Shown here: positions 1-11,795 of the stretch, one piece after another
How the letters are laid out: each line of letters opens with the position of its first letter
Numbering within the stretch: position 1 is the first letter of the stretch
Assembly: GCF_001194135.2 (NCBI RefSeq)
Contig: NC_069002.1
Location: 1,370,793 to 1,403,158 of the forward strand
Length of the DNA: 32,366 bases
From: Octopus bimaculoides
Lineage: Eukaryota
Direction of reading: 5' to 3'
Program-made: the position numbers and the translations under genes
The notes under the pieces: model-generated
Databases searched by the model: none
The model's input: the letters and a program-made list of their open reading frames with translations, nothing else
What the model was told of the DNA's origin: nothing

Positions 1-43
<43 letters not shown>

Positions 44-397
44 CATACACACATATGCACACACATATGCACACGCATATATATACATTATGTGTGTATG
101 TGTGTGTGCGTGTGTGTGGTGTTTGTGCGTGCGTGTGTGTGTGTGTATGAGCTTGCTTGTGTCCGTCATATACAAATAAACACATGCACATATATAAATA
201 CAAGCATATACACATTCACTCGGTCGTTCAGACACGGATCTATATGTATTTACGTGTGTATACAGGTATATATAAATAAGTACGCATACACATATATATG
301 TATATATACATTTATATAAGCATAGAGACATATACACCTATAAATATATTTACAAATGTGTGTGTGTAAACACACACAAACACATACATAGTTACGC

Positions 398-468
<71 letters not shown>

Positions 469-754
469 TTTGTATGTGTGTATATAAATATATACATATA
501 TATATAAATGCAAAAATCTAGATAAGATGGATACGGAGATATATTTGCGCTGTACACCATATTTCGTTGCTACACCGAATGTATTTCCTAACTGATGTAT
601 ATTAATTAATTTAGTGTTTCAGCAACAGCTGATGTTATGCTTTCTTTTCATTTACCGTTCCCTGTTTGGGAAGATCTTGCACTGATAACGTCCCATCTTC
701 TTCATAACTTGTTCGGTTGTAGTTCCACGCAATATTTGCTCCAACACGCATACA

Positions 755-787
<33 letters not shown>

Positions 788-960
788 GCTTACATGAATG
801 CATACAGACATACATGGATATGTGTATATAATCATTTATGTATATATCTGTATGTATACACATACACTTTTTATATACGAAGGTACATCAACATTATTTT
901 TAAATACATATTTATGTAAGTATATATATGTGGATATGTATAAACTTATGTTTGTACATG

Positions 961-992
<32 letters not shown>

Positions 993-1088
993 TGTATGTA
1001 TCTATGTGCATGTGTTCACTGTGTATAGATATGTAACGTAGAGGAGTATGTACGCAAATGTATATGTTTGTGATAGGTACATCTATAA

Positions 1089-1158
<70 letters not shown>

Positions 1159-1173
1159 TATGTGTGTGTCTGA

Positions 1174-1470
1174 AGGGACATGGCTTAGTGGTTAAGGTGT
1201 TGTACTCACGATTACGAGATCGTGGTTTCGATTCCCAGACCGGGCGTTGCTTTGTAATCTTGCGCAAAGCACTTCATTTCACGTTGTTCTGCGATCATTT
1301 CATCATCTGACATGTGGCACATGGTGCACCTGAACAGGTAATGTTGATTTATGGAGGGAGTGAGCTTAGGTGTACACAGACATTTGATCAATATAAACAA
1401 ATCATTTGTGTGGTTGTTCGGTTAGAAACTGTCCAACCCTCATACGTCTTCTAACGACACGAGAGTCCAA
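1174..1470 (+). mobile_element. tRNA-derived SINE, group C, near full length
   Basis: A-box TGGCTTAGTGG at 1181-1191 and B-box GGTTTCGATTCC at about 1224-1235. These are followed by the block TTGCGCAAAGCACTTCATTTCACGTTG and a body that aligns by eye with the minus-strand copy at 23800-24098. Confidence 0.85.
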
Positions 1471-1483
1471 CAAACGTGTATGA

Positions 1484-1512
<29 letters not shown>

Positions 1513-1518
<6 letters not shown>

Positions 1519-1633
1519 ACTCTTTTACTTGTTTCAGTCGTTTGACTGCGGCCATGCTGGAGCACCGCCTTTAGTCGAGCAAATCGACCCCAGGACTTAT
1601 TCTTTGGAAGCCTTGTACTTATTCTATCAATCT
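1513..1633 (-). mobile_element. 3' fragment of SINE group B
   Basis: Reverse complement contains GGCGGTGCTCCAGCATGGCCGCAGTCAAACGACTGAAACAAGTAAAAGAGT, related to the tails at 5519, 13530, 24470 and 25035. Confidence 0.8.
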
Positions 1634-1714
1634 ATTGTATGCATGTGTGTATGTTTATAATATGTATCATTTTATATATATATATGTATGTGTTTGTATA
1701 CTTGTGTGTGTGTG

Positions 1715-1747
<33 letters not shown>

Positions 1748-3349
1748 TTGTATGTATGTATGTATGCATTTGTGTCTGTATGCATGTGTGTATGTGTCTA
1801 TGTATGTTTGGATGTATGTGTGTATGTATGTATATATGTGTTCATATATGTATACTTGTATGTTTGTTTCTATGTATGTTTGTATGTATGTATGTATGCA
1901 TATGTGTATATATGTGTGTATGTATGTACGGTTAGAAATGTGTGAAAAATGGCAAGGTTTTTATTGTTTTGTTTTTGGTTTGTTTTTTTTGTTTTTGTAC
2001 AAGCGAAAAAAAATGTATATCAAGAGAGAATTCTAAAAACGACTATAAAATGTCATTATTTAGTTGAAGTAAATCAATTCTCAGTTCCAGCGACCTCTGG
2101 CGGCTTTAAACAGTGTACGCTTATGTCAAACAAAACGTTATACTGCTTCGAGAATACTGACGTTGTATTGTTATTGTTTGTGGGTTTGTGGCGGGTTGAG
2201 TTTTAATGGGTTTGTTAAAGAGGGCATTAGAAGGGGCTGAGGGGTGAGGTGCAAGAGTGGACGGCTGGTCGAGTGACATGATGAATGGTTGACGGAGATA
2301 GAAAACAAATAAACACGCACAAACACACATATACGTGTGTATGTGTGTATATGTGTCTACATACTCACACATCCATACTCGCACATATATATATACATAC
2401 GTACAAGCAGACATGCATACATGTACATACACAGACAAGGAGGTACACCGTTATACTGACAGACACACACATATAAACACAAACTCTCATACATGCATAA
2501 CATACATACAGACATGCGCATCCACAATTCACATATGCCCGTATATATGTGCATAGATTGTCTATCGCTACGCAAACCGCCATTCTGCATGTGGCACCGA
2601 GACTTCCTAGAAATATATAACATATGCATGCCATTTCTCAGACTGAACAAAAAATGATGAACAACCTTAATCGATTTTTTAACCTTATTGGGTTCTCATC
2701 AGAAGCCTCAACATCATTCTGACAATCTCCAGAGAAAAAGGTAGCTAAACTGTTTATATACTCAACAAATGCAGCAGTTACTCTATGAAGGAGTCCCTAA
2801 TTTGCATACCGAAAGTGTTTAACACTCCATAAATAACAGCGGCCTGTCAACGGGGATCTTAGTCCACATAGTATCATGGTATGATATAATAAACATGTAA
2901 GATATGGTATAATTATAAACAGAGCAAATTTTAACCATTTCTCCGCAGACTGAATAAATGATGAACAACAGTCCATCTCCTGTAACCTTTTTAATATGAT
3001 AGAACCCTTGATAAAATATTGCACTTGTGGGCTCTACATTTATTTATTGACTGCAAGACTTCGCCTACTTCGATTAGCAGTATAATGCTCCGACTTGTAA
3101 GTTGGATCGTGGATGCAAACTCCCGAAACCACTATGCCTCATTCATTCACGAACATTGAGGTAACATCTGAAGAATTCACTTTGTTGCAAGAATCCTGGA
3201 GAGGACATGACTTGAGCATAACACACCCACACCACCACCACCATAGATATATATGTTAGATATATACATATATATATACATGTGTGTTTAGACACATATA
3301 TTGCATGCATATATATTTATGAACATAAATCTATGTACATATGTGCATA

Positions 3350-3385
<36 letters not shown>

Positions 3386-3717
3386 CATGTGCATGTGTAT
3401 ATATATATGTATGTGTGTGTGTGTGTGTGTGTGTATGTGAGCGTACACATGTAACAGCAATGAACGTTTATCACATGTGCGTCCATTAACGTTTCCTTTT
3501 GCACATGAATTATTGTGTGTGACACTAGATGTATACGTGAATGAGTGCATATGTATGACGGCAACTGTGCGTATATATGCATGTGCATATCAACGTATGT
3601 ATATGTGTGTGTGTCTATATTGTCCTAGTACGTTGTCCATTTGTAACGGTGTGTTGAATCTCAGAATCCAATCAGAGAGATAAAGATTCTAACACTGTCG
3701 ATTAGTGAAGAGTTTCT

Positions 3718-4477
3718 ATGCCTTCTCCCATTCAACACACCTCGCCTCTTCTTCTATCTCCTCCTCTGCCTCTGCCTCCTTCTCTTTCACCTCCCTCTCT
3801 TCCTCTTAGCCAGCCGTCCTGCCCCCCCCCCTCCCCCTGCTCAACCCTGTTCCCCTTTCAAATCTGTCAATCTGTCCGTTGTTTACAAAACCAAAACATC
3901 GCAACCGCCATCTTTTCTTTGCTTTCGGACATCATTGGTATTTAATTGTACCTTCCCCCTCCCCCCTCCTCTCTACTCCTCTCTCTCCCCTCCCTCTCAC
4001 CCCTTCCATTACCACGCATTTTGTTATTTTTCCTCCATTTTCCTTTGTTTCCTGCATTTGTCTTTATCTTCCTTTCTTTTGCTCTCTCTTCCAATTTCTT
4101 CACATTTTCCTCCTCATCATCATCTTCCTTCTTCTTTACTCGCTATTTTTTTCTTTTTCTTCTCTTCGTTGTCATCTTCATCTCCCTGTTTCTTTCTTTC
4201 TTTCTCTTTCTTCCTTCCTCTGTATACATACACACAAACATATATGTATGTATGTATGTGCGTGTCTATACTTCGCTCTTTTCTTTGTCTTCACTATCTT
4301 TTCTCTCTTTCTACTGTTTTGTTCTCTCTTCTTCTCTTTTCTCTTTCCTTATCATTTACTCTCCTCTCCCCGCTTCCCCCTTTTATCCCGCTCCCACCAT
4401 CAATAGTTCACCCCATCTCCAGCATTTCTTTGCTCTCCTCTATTTCCCTACACTCACTTACACTCCAACTCTCTCTA

Positions 4478-4515
<38 letters not shown>

Positions 4516-4740
4516 CTCTTAAAATTCCATCCCACCATCCACCATTTTGTCCGGTTGGCTCTTTGCTAAATCTTTCTAATCTCAAAATTTTCATTCTTCT
4601 TATCTCTCTCTTTTCATCTCCCCCACCCCACACCTTATCTCCTTTCCTCTCTCCCCTCCCCCGCTTCTTTCAATTCTCTCTAAGTATCCCCCCCCCACCT
4701 CATCTTTATTAATCCTTTACTATATCCGTCACTAATCTCT
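3718..4740. repeat. About 1 kb pyrimidine-rich low-complexity tract (CT/CCT/CTT mosaics)
   Basis: Plus strand overwhelmingly C/T; includes (CT)n at about 4480-4512. Confidence 0.9.
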
Positions 4741-5257
4741 ACTTTCGCTTTCTCATTTAACAAACGCCACCAACAATTCTCACCAACNNNNNNNNNNNNN
4801 NNNNNNNNNNNNNNNNNNNNNNNNNNNNNNNNNNNNNNNNNNNNNNNNNNNNNNNNNNNNNNNNNNNNNNNNNNNNNNNNNNNNNNNNNNNNNNNNNNNN
4901 NNNNNNNNNNNNNNNNNNNNNNNNNNNNNNNNNNNNNNNNNNNNNNNNNNNNNNNNNNNNNNNNNNNNNNNNNNNNNNNNNNNNNNNNNNNNNNNNNNNN
5001 NNNNNNNNNNNNNNNNNNNNNNNNNNNNNNNNNNNNNNNNNNNNNNNNNNNNNNNNNNNNNNNNNNNNNNNNNNNNNNNNNNNNNNNNNNNNNNNNNNNN
5101 NNNNNNNNNNNNNNNNNNNNNNNNNNNNNNNNNNNNNNNNNNNNNNNNNNNNNNNNNNNNNNNNNNNNNNNNNNNNNNNNNNNNNNNNNNNNNNNNNNNN
5201 NNNNNNNNNNNNNNNNNNNNNNNNNNNNNNNNNNNNNNNNNNNNNNNNNNNNNNNNN

Positions 5258-5296
<39 letters not shown>

Positions 5297-5320
5297 TGGC
5301 TAGCTAGATTGATTGATAGA

Positions 5321-5518
5321 ACGTGGGTTCATTTCCTAGAACAAGCGGCGCGTTGTGTTCTTGAGCAAAATATTTCATTTCACGTTTCTCCAGTCCTCCT
5401 GTCGGTCAGCGGAGAGAGATGTTAGCTTGCTTGCCTAGCCATTGGGGTGCTGTCTTTCGAAGGCTAAAACGATGCAAAGCGCATTGTCACCAGTGATGTG
5501 TAACAACATCTGATAGTC
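5321..5518 (+). mobile_element. 5'-truncated group C SINE with an alternative 3' body
   Basis: B-box-like GTGGGTTCATTTCC plus the shared block GCGTTGTGTTCTTGAGCAAAATATTTCATTTCACGTT; diverges from the 1174 and 24098 copies after that block. Confidence 0.75.
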
Positions 5519-5690
5519 TTTTACTTGTTCTTTTTTTCAATCATTGGACTGCATCCATGTTGAGGCACCGCCGTCAAGAATTTCAGTCGAAACAAATGGA
5601 CCCCAACATTATTTTTTGAAGTCTGGTACTATTCTATCGATCACTTTTGACATACCGCTAATTCTTGTCGTGTAAAAAACCAGCACCAGT
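5519..5690 (-). mobile_element. 3' fragment of SINE group B
   Basis: CTTTTACTTGTT...ATTGGACTGCATCCATGTTGAGGCACCGCC...GGTACTATTCTATCGATC matches the other group B tails. Confidence 0.75.
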
Positions 5691-5773
5691 CCTCAAGATA
5701 TATATATTCATCTTTCTCCCTCTCTCTCTCTCTCTTCATATATATACATACACACACACACCCACACCCACAG

Positions 5774-5819
<46 letters not shown>

Positions 5820-6046
5820 CGTTAATCACTCCTTCCTTCTGAAAATCTCTCTCATACTTTCTTCACCTTCTCCGAGTTCTCACTTCCCCTTCCTCTCCGA
5901 AACTTCCTCTCCGTTCTTTTTTTCTGTCTTTCTTTTTTGTTTTCTTTCTTCCCGTGTATTTTCCCTCCTTCCCAGTTCATAGTTTCTCGATCTCCATTAC
6001 ATCGAAACTGCACCGTCAACGAGAAAGACGTAAGGAGGGAGAGAGA

Positions 6047-6082
<36 letters not shown>

Positions 6083-6292
6083 GAGAGAGAGAGAGAGAGA
6101 AAGAGACAGAGAGACAGAGAGAAAGAAAAAAGAAAAACGAGAGAGAGAATGTGTATGTGACGGCTGTGAATGCGTATGTATATGTGTAAATGTAAGCGTG
6201 TGAAAATATTTGTGTATCTATGTGCATATATGTTTCAGAGTTGGAGACAGAGCGTGTGTGACTGTTCGTGTGAGTGAGTCTATGCAATACAA

Positions 6293-6357
<65 letters not shown>

Positions 6358-6589
6358 NNNNNNNNNNNNNNNNNNNNNNNNNNNNNNNNNNNNNNNNNNN
6401 NNNNNNNNNNNNNNNNNNNNNNNNNNNNNNNNNNNNNNNNNNNNNNNNNNNNNNNNNNNNNNNNNNNNNNNNNNNNNNNNNNNNNNNNNNNNNNNNNNNN
6501 NNNNNNNNNNNNNNNNNNNNNNNNNNNNNNNNNNNNNNNNNNNNNNNNNNNNNNNNNNNNNNNNNNNNNNNNNNNNNNNNNNNNNNNNN

Positions 6590-6649
<60 letters not shown>

Positions 6650-7125
6650 ACTATATTCACAAGTACGTGTGTGTGTGTGTATGTACGTGTGTGCGTGCGC
6701 ATGCGTATGTATGTGTGTGTATTTTCCCCCAATATGTCCAGTCTTTCTTGTCAAGGTGTCCACCGATGTTTTTGTGTTGTTTTGTCAGAAAAGCTGCAAC
6801 AACAAACAGGAATGGCCATGCTAGAGTCTCCAGAGAACGCTATCATATCAACTTTCAGCGTTACTGGCGATTCTTCATGCTTGGCTGACCATTGCTTGAT
6901 TCTTGTTGACTTGATCTCTTCCAGTCGACTTCGATTTCTGTCAAGAAGGCAATTTCCTTTATCGTCCAATATTTTTCCCGTTCCGTCCCGTACCGCCCCG
7001 CCACCAACACTACCGACGCCACCAACACCGACACCGTCGTCGACAACAACGACAACAACAACTACAACAATAAAAACTCCAAGACCGATACCTTCACAAT
7101 CACACACAGCCCCCACCTCATACTG

Positions 7126-7325
7126 GAAGAAGAAGAAGAAGAAGAAGAAGAAGAAGAAGAAGAAGAAGAAGAAGAAGAAGAAGAAGAAGAAGAAGAAGGA
7201 GGAGGAGGAGGTTAAAAAGAAGAAAAGGAGAAGAAGGCGGAGAAAGAAGAACAACAACAACAACATCGAGCAAAAGAACAAGAACGAGGTGAAGAAGAAG
7301 AAGAAGAAAAAGAAGAAGAAGAAGC
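7126..7325. repeat. (GAA)n microsatellite and purine-rich GAA/GAG/AAC mosaic
   Basis: Pure GAA run from 7126 to about 7198, then degenerate. Confidence 0.95.
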
Positions 7326-7394
7326 TATGATCGACACTATTACGAATATAAGTATCCCGTTATTAAAGACTGCCTTCAATACAATTAACATGGC

Positions 7395-7684
7395 TAGAGT
7401 GTCACGGCTGGAATGTTGCTTACCGTTTCGGGTGCCTATGAGGCCATGAGAAGACACGAACACATAGTAGGTCCCTTAACCCTTGACCGAATGGAACATT
7501 CAAGATGAAACAGCTGGAGGGAGAATGGGCAGCACCTGTATCCGTCTGGTATACAGTTTAATAGACAAGTAGCAACGTAAAATGGTGTATGTTGCATATG
7601 GTTACAACGCACCACCCGTTCAAGGAATCGAGCTCTCGATCTCATGATCAAGAGCCGAACAACGTAACCACAAGGCCACGCCGC
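7395..7684 (-). mobile_element. Diverged tRNA-derived SINE, group C-like head with a third body type
   Basis: Reverse complement GCGGCGTGGCCTTGTGGTTACG (A box) ... GAGCTCGATTCC (B box) ... GGTGCGTTGTAACC...CCATTTTACGTTGCT. The 3' end contains CATTCCAGCCGTGAC. Confidence 0.7.
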
Positions 7685-7700
7685 TTTTACAATGTCAAGA

Positions 7701-7927
7701 ATAACCCTTTACTGTTCTCATTATTCCGTCCAATGTAATGCTCATTTATTTACATGTCTTTAATTAATCTTGCCTTATCTTGTGGCTTTGAGATTTCGAT
7801 GAGTAACTTGTTAATTTTTAGGAGGATATTGTAGGGACGGTGTGAGGGGCCAGATCTGGCCACTTTGTACGTAAAACAAGTAGAATATTTGAACCGGTTA
7901 TGGCCTGGTTAAATACTTCAATGTTAA
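7701..7927 (+). mobile_element. Decayed MITE, probably TTAA-CCC-terminated (piggyBac-like)
   Basis: Left end ATAACCCTTTA, right end AAATACTTCAATGTTAA, about 225 bp and non-coding. Resembles from memory an abundant octopus element bounded by TTAACCCTTTAGCA; not verified by search. Confidence 0.55.
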
Positions 7928-8209
7928 ACTTGTTGGTAAACTACAGCCGTAGCAACAACTGCGGCCTCTGCTATCGTCGTCGTCGTCGTCGTTGTCGTCA
8001 CGGTCTGAGGAGAAGGAGAATAAGGAAGAGGAAGAGGAAAAAGAGGAAGAGGAAAAGAAGAGGAGGAGGAGGAAGAGGAGGAGAGGTGTAAGTGTTAAGG
8101 AGAGATGTTAATAAGTGTCACCGGTGTGTCAGCCGTCGTTGAAGATAATAGCTTTATTAGTGAGAAAAAGGATTATGTTTTAGGTGGAGGTGAAGGCTGA
8201 GGTGTACAT

Positions 8210-8960
8210 AAAGGCGTAGTGGAGGTGGTGGTGGTGGTGGCGACGATGTGTTGTTGTTGCTGTTGTTGTGGTAATGGTGAATGTATGATGCGAGGGCAGG
8301 GAGTCATGTGATAAATAGATAAATAAATAGACAAGATGGCGGCAATGGTTTTTGGTGTGAAGTTGATAATGTGTTTCAAGTAATAATATTAGTGTTGTTG
8401 TTATTGTTGTTGCTGTTACTGATGGTTGTCGGGGTGGTGAGAGTGGTGGTGTGTCATTAGTCGTGATGAATGCTGTAATTTTTATAGTTGTTACTGGTGG
8501 TGGTGGTGGTGGTGGTGGTGGTGGTAGCCGTTATCCTCGTTGTGGTGGCGTTAGTGGTAACGGTGGTAGTGGTGGTGGTGGTAGTAGTAGAGGAGTTGTT
8601 CTTGGAGTGGAGGTAGTGATGGTATCTTGTCCGTGTGGCGGCGTTGATGAGGTGGTGGTGGTTATAGTAAAGGTGGTGGTAGAAGTGGTGTTAGCCCTTA
8701 TCTTTGTCGTGGTGGTGGTGGTAGTGGTGGTAGTGGTAGTGGTGACGGTGTTAATGGTAGTGATGGTGGTGGTGGAGTTGGTGGGGTGGTGTGGTTGGTT
8801 GGTTGTTGTGACTGAAGTGATATTTGCAACGGTGGTGGTGGTGGTGATGGTGGTGGTGACGTGGAGGCGAGGTCGAAGGCCTCGTGAAATATCAACAAAC
8901 AGCATCAGCCCCACGATTAATGGAGACCGTGGCGGTGGCAGTGGTGGTGGGCTTGGGGGG
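8210..8960. repeat. Decayed trinucleotide mosaic (GGT/GTT/GTA/GAT)
   Basis: Interleaved triplet runs; ORFs read as poly-V/G or poly-T/P/H. Confidence 0.85.
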
Positions 8961-9230
8961 ATTCTGTTGTAGATATTAAGAGTGACAAAGTTTGGTTTGG
9001 GGAAGAAAGACCCAGGGAAGGGCGGCAGAGCGACAGTTAAGCATAACCATGTCGTTTTGCTTCGTTTCTTCTTCTTGTTGTTATTGTCACCAATGTCCTT
9101 CCCGTCGTTAATTTGTCATTGTAGTTACTGGTATTGTCCACCTTCCGGAATTGTTTGTTTGTTGTTAATGGTGGCAGTATTATGTATCGCTGTTGTTGTT
9201 GTTGTTGTTATTCTTATTACTATTATTATT

Positions 9231-9441
9231 GGCGGCGAGCTGGCAGAATCGTTAGCACGCTGGACGAAATGCTTAGCGGTATTTCGCCTGTCGCTACGTT
9301 CTGAGTTCAAATTCCGTCGAGATCGACTTTGCCTTTCATCTTTTCGGGGTCGGTAAATTAAGTACCAGTAAAACACTGGGGTCGATGTAATCGACTAGTC
9401 CCCTCTCCAAAATTGTGCCTTTAGTAGAAAGGGTTATTATT
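9231..9441 (+). mobile_element. tRNA-derived SINE, group A, full length
   Basis: Head GGCGGCGAGCTGGCAGAATCGTTAGC, B-box GAGTTCAAATTCC, body GACTTTGCCTTTCATC...GGGGTCGATGTAATCGAC and (TAT)n tail; several further copies in the window. Confidence 0.9.
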
Positions 9442-9453
9442 GTTTGTAGTGAT

Positions 9454-9672
9454 GCAGTGAGCTGGCAGAATCATTACCGCGTCGAACAAAATGCTTAGGA
9501 GCATTTCTTGCAACATTACGATCTGAGTTCAAATGCCGCCAATGCCTACTTTGCCTTCGGTCCTTTCGGGGTTGATAGAATAAGCATCAGTGAGCACTGA
9601 GGGTCGATGTAATCGATTTAACCCCTCCCAAAATTGCTGGCCTTGTGCCAACATTTGAAATTAATATTATGA
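9454..9672 (+). mobile_element. SINE group A, more diverged copy in tandem
   Basis: GAGCTGGCAGAATC...CTGAGTTCAAATGCC...GGGTCGATGTAATCGA...GGCCTTGTGCC. Confidence 0.85.
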
Positions 9673-9687
9673 TTGCTTGTAGTAGTA

Positions 9688-9732
9688 GGCGTTTAGCCCA
9701 AGGCCAACCGTTGGTCCACCCGTGACCATCCA
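9688..9732 (+). mobile_element. Short retroposon tail-like fragment
   Basis: GTTTAGCCCAAGGCCAACC...CCGTGACCATCC shares motifs with 25655-25735 and with the end of the 7395-7684 element. Confidence 0.4.
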
Positions 9733-9879
9733 ACTTATGTACTAAGAATGTTGGAACATATTATCCAATGTGTCAGCTTCTAAGATGGTGAGATGTGATT
9801 TAAAGCAAGTTTGACTGCTGTTTTTAGCAACTGAAGCCACTACATATATAGATGCCTAATCGTTGGCTTCGCTAAGCAT

Positions 9880-10440
9880 TCCATCGTTGTTGTTGTTGTT
9901 GTTGCTGGTGGTGGTGGTGGTGGTGGTGGTGGTGGTTGCGCAGTGGTTGTACAGTGTATTGTTGATGTTGCTATTGTTCTTAGTAATGGGTACTGCATTA
10001 TCATGGATGTTCTTGTTGAGATAGAGGTGGTGGGGTGGAGATGGTGACGGTGGTAGTGGTGATGGTGAGACAGTGGTAGTGGTGGTGGTATGCAAACCAA
10101 ATAATTTTGGCAAAGATTAGTTGTGTGACCATAAAATGGTGTTTTTGATGTTACCAAGGGAGGTGGTGGTGGAGGTATTGGCGGCAATAGAAGTGGTGAA
10201 GGTGTTGTTGTTGTTGTTGTTGCTGATGGTGGTGGCCATGGTGGTGGTGGTGAAGGCCACCGTCGTCGTCGTCGTCGTCGTCGTGTTGGTGGTCGTGGCC
10301 GATGTGGTGTTGATGGAAGGGAACCCAATTTCGCGGTTGCAGTAATAGTTGTTGTTGTTGTTGTTGTTGTTTTCAATGCAGTTGTTGTGTTATAATGCTG
10401 CTGCTGCTGTAAATGTTGTTGGTGCTGTTAGGGTGGTGTG
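9880..10440. repeat. Decayed trinucleotide mosaic (GTT/GGT/GTC/GCT)
   Basis: Interleaved triplet runs. Confidence 0.85.
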
Positions 10441-10526
10441 GGATTGGGTAGCAGGGGAGAAGAGATTGGCCGGCTATTAAACGGTGGCCGGAATAATGGA
10501 GATAACAGCAAAGAGCCAACTCAACA

Positions 10527-10675
<149 letters not shown>

Positions 10676-11026
10676 TCAGTGTATGCGTGTGTGTGTATGT
10701 GTGTGAGCGGAGGAGGGGAGAGGAGGTGATAACACCTAAGTCGATATAAAGCTGTCTCTGCTTAAGTCCCCTTGTGACACTGTTTTGTCCACCTCGCTGC
10801 ACAAGGGATCAGTGCTATCCACACACGCACACACACACACACACGCATGCATACCTACCATACACACGCGCACACACACACATATGCATAGGTACTTGCA
10901 TACACAAATACACACCATCATGCACATATATACACACGTCACAAAAATATATACAAGCAAAGAGTCAATTATATATATTATGTGTGGGTTTACAATATAT
11001 ACATACAAATATATATATATACATAC

Positions 11027-11154
<128 letters not shown>

Positions 11155-11304
11155 ATATATAAATATATATATATATGTATATATATATATGTACGTATGT
11201 ATGTATATATATGTATGATATTAATGCGTACATTCACTAATAAACTCGTTTAAGTATACGATCATGCAAGTATGCATTCATGCATACTATATATACATAC
11301 ATAC

Positions 11305-11339
<35 letters not shown>

Positions 11340-11764
11340 CAAACATACNNNNNNNNNNNNNNNNNNNNNNNNNNNNNNNNNNNNNNNNNNNNNNNNNNNN
11401 NNNNNNNNNNNNNNNNNNNNNNNNNNNNNNNNNNNNNNNNNNNNNNNNNNNNNNNNNNNNNNNNNNNNNNNNNNNNNNNNNNNNNNNNNNNNNNNNNNNN
11501 NNNNNNNNNNNNNNNNNNNNNNNNNNNNNNNNNNNNNNNNNNNNNNNNNNNNNNNNNNNNNNNNNNNNNNNNNNNNNNNNNNNNNNNNNNNNNNNNNNNN
11601 NNNNNNNNNNNNNNNNNNNNNNNNNNNNNNNNNNNNNNNNNNNNNNNNNNNNNNNNNNNNNNNNNNNNNNNNNNNNNNNNNNNNNNNNNNNNNNNNNNNN
11701 NNNNNNNNNNNNNNNNNNNNNNNNNNNNNNNNNNNNNNNNNNNNNNNNNNNNNNNNNNNNNNNN

Positions 11765-11795
<31 letters not shown>

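Noticed and set aside
1174-1245. SINE heads as functional tRNA genes
   Set aside because: A and B boxes are present but no complete cloverleaf, and each continues into a repeat body.
1-2560. Many ORFs rich in YI/CV/HT dipeptides, here and throughout the window
   Set aside because: They are translations of (TA)n, (TG)n and (TATG)n microsatellites.
2797-2830. Minus-strand FRYAN* resembling the RT motif LRYADD, overlapping an octamer ATTTGCAT
   Set aside because: Flanking residues do not follow LINE RT motifs; a single short match is expected by chance.
9840-10427. Minus-strand ORF rich in Q/T/P/H/R homopolymers (also 8531-8914 and 19339-19659)
   Set aside because: Explained by triplet repeats; no domain and no convincing start.
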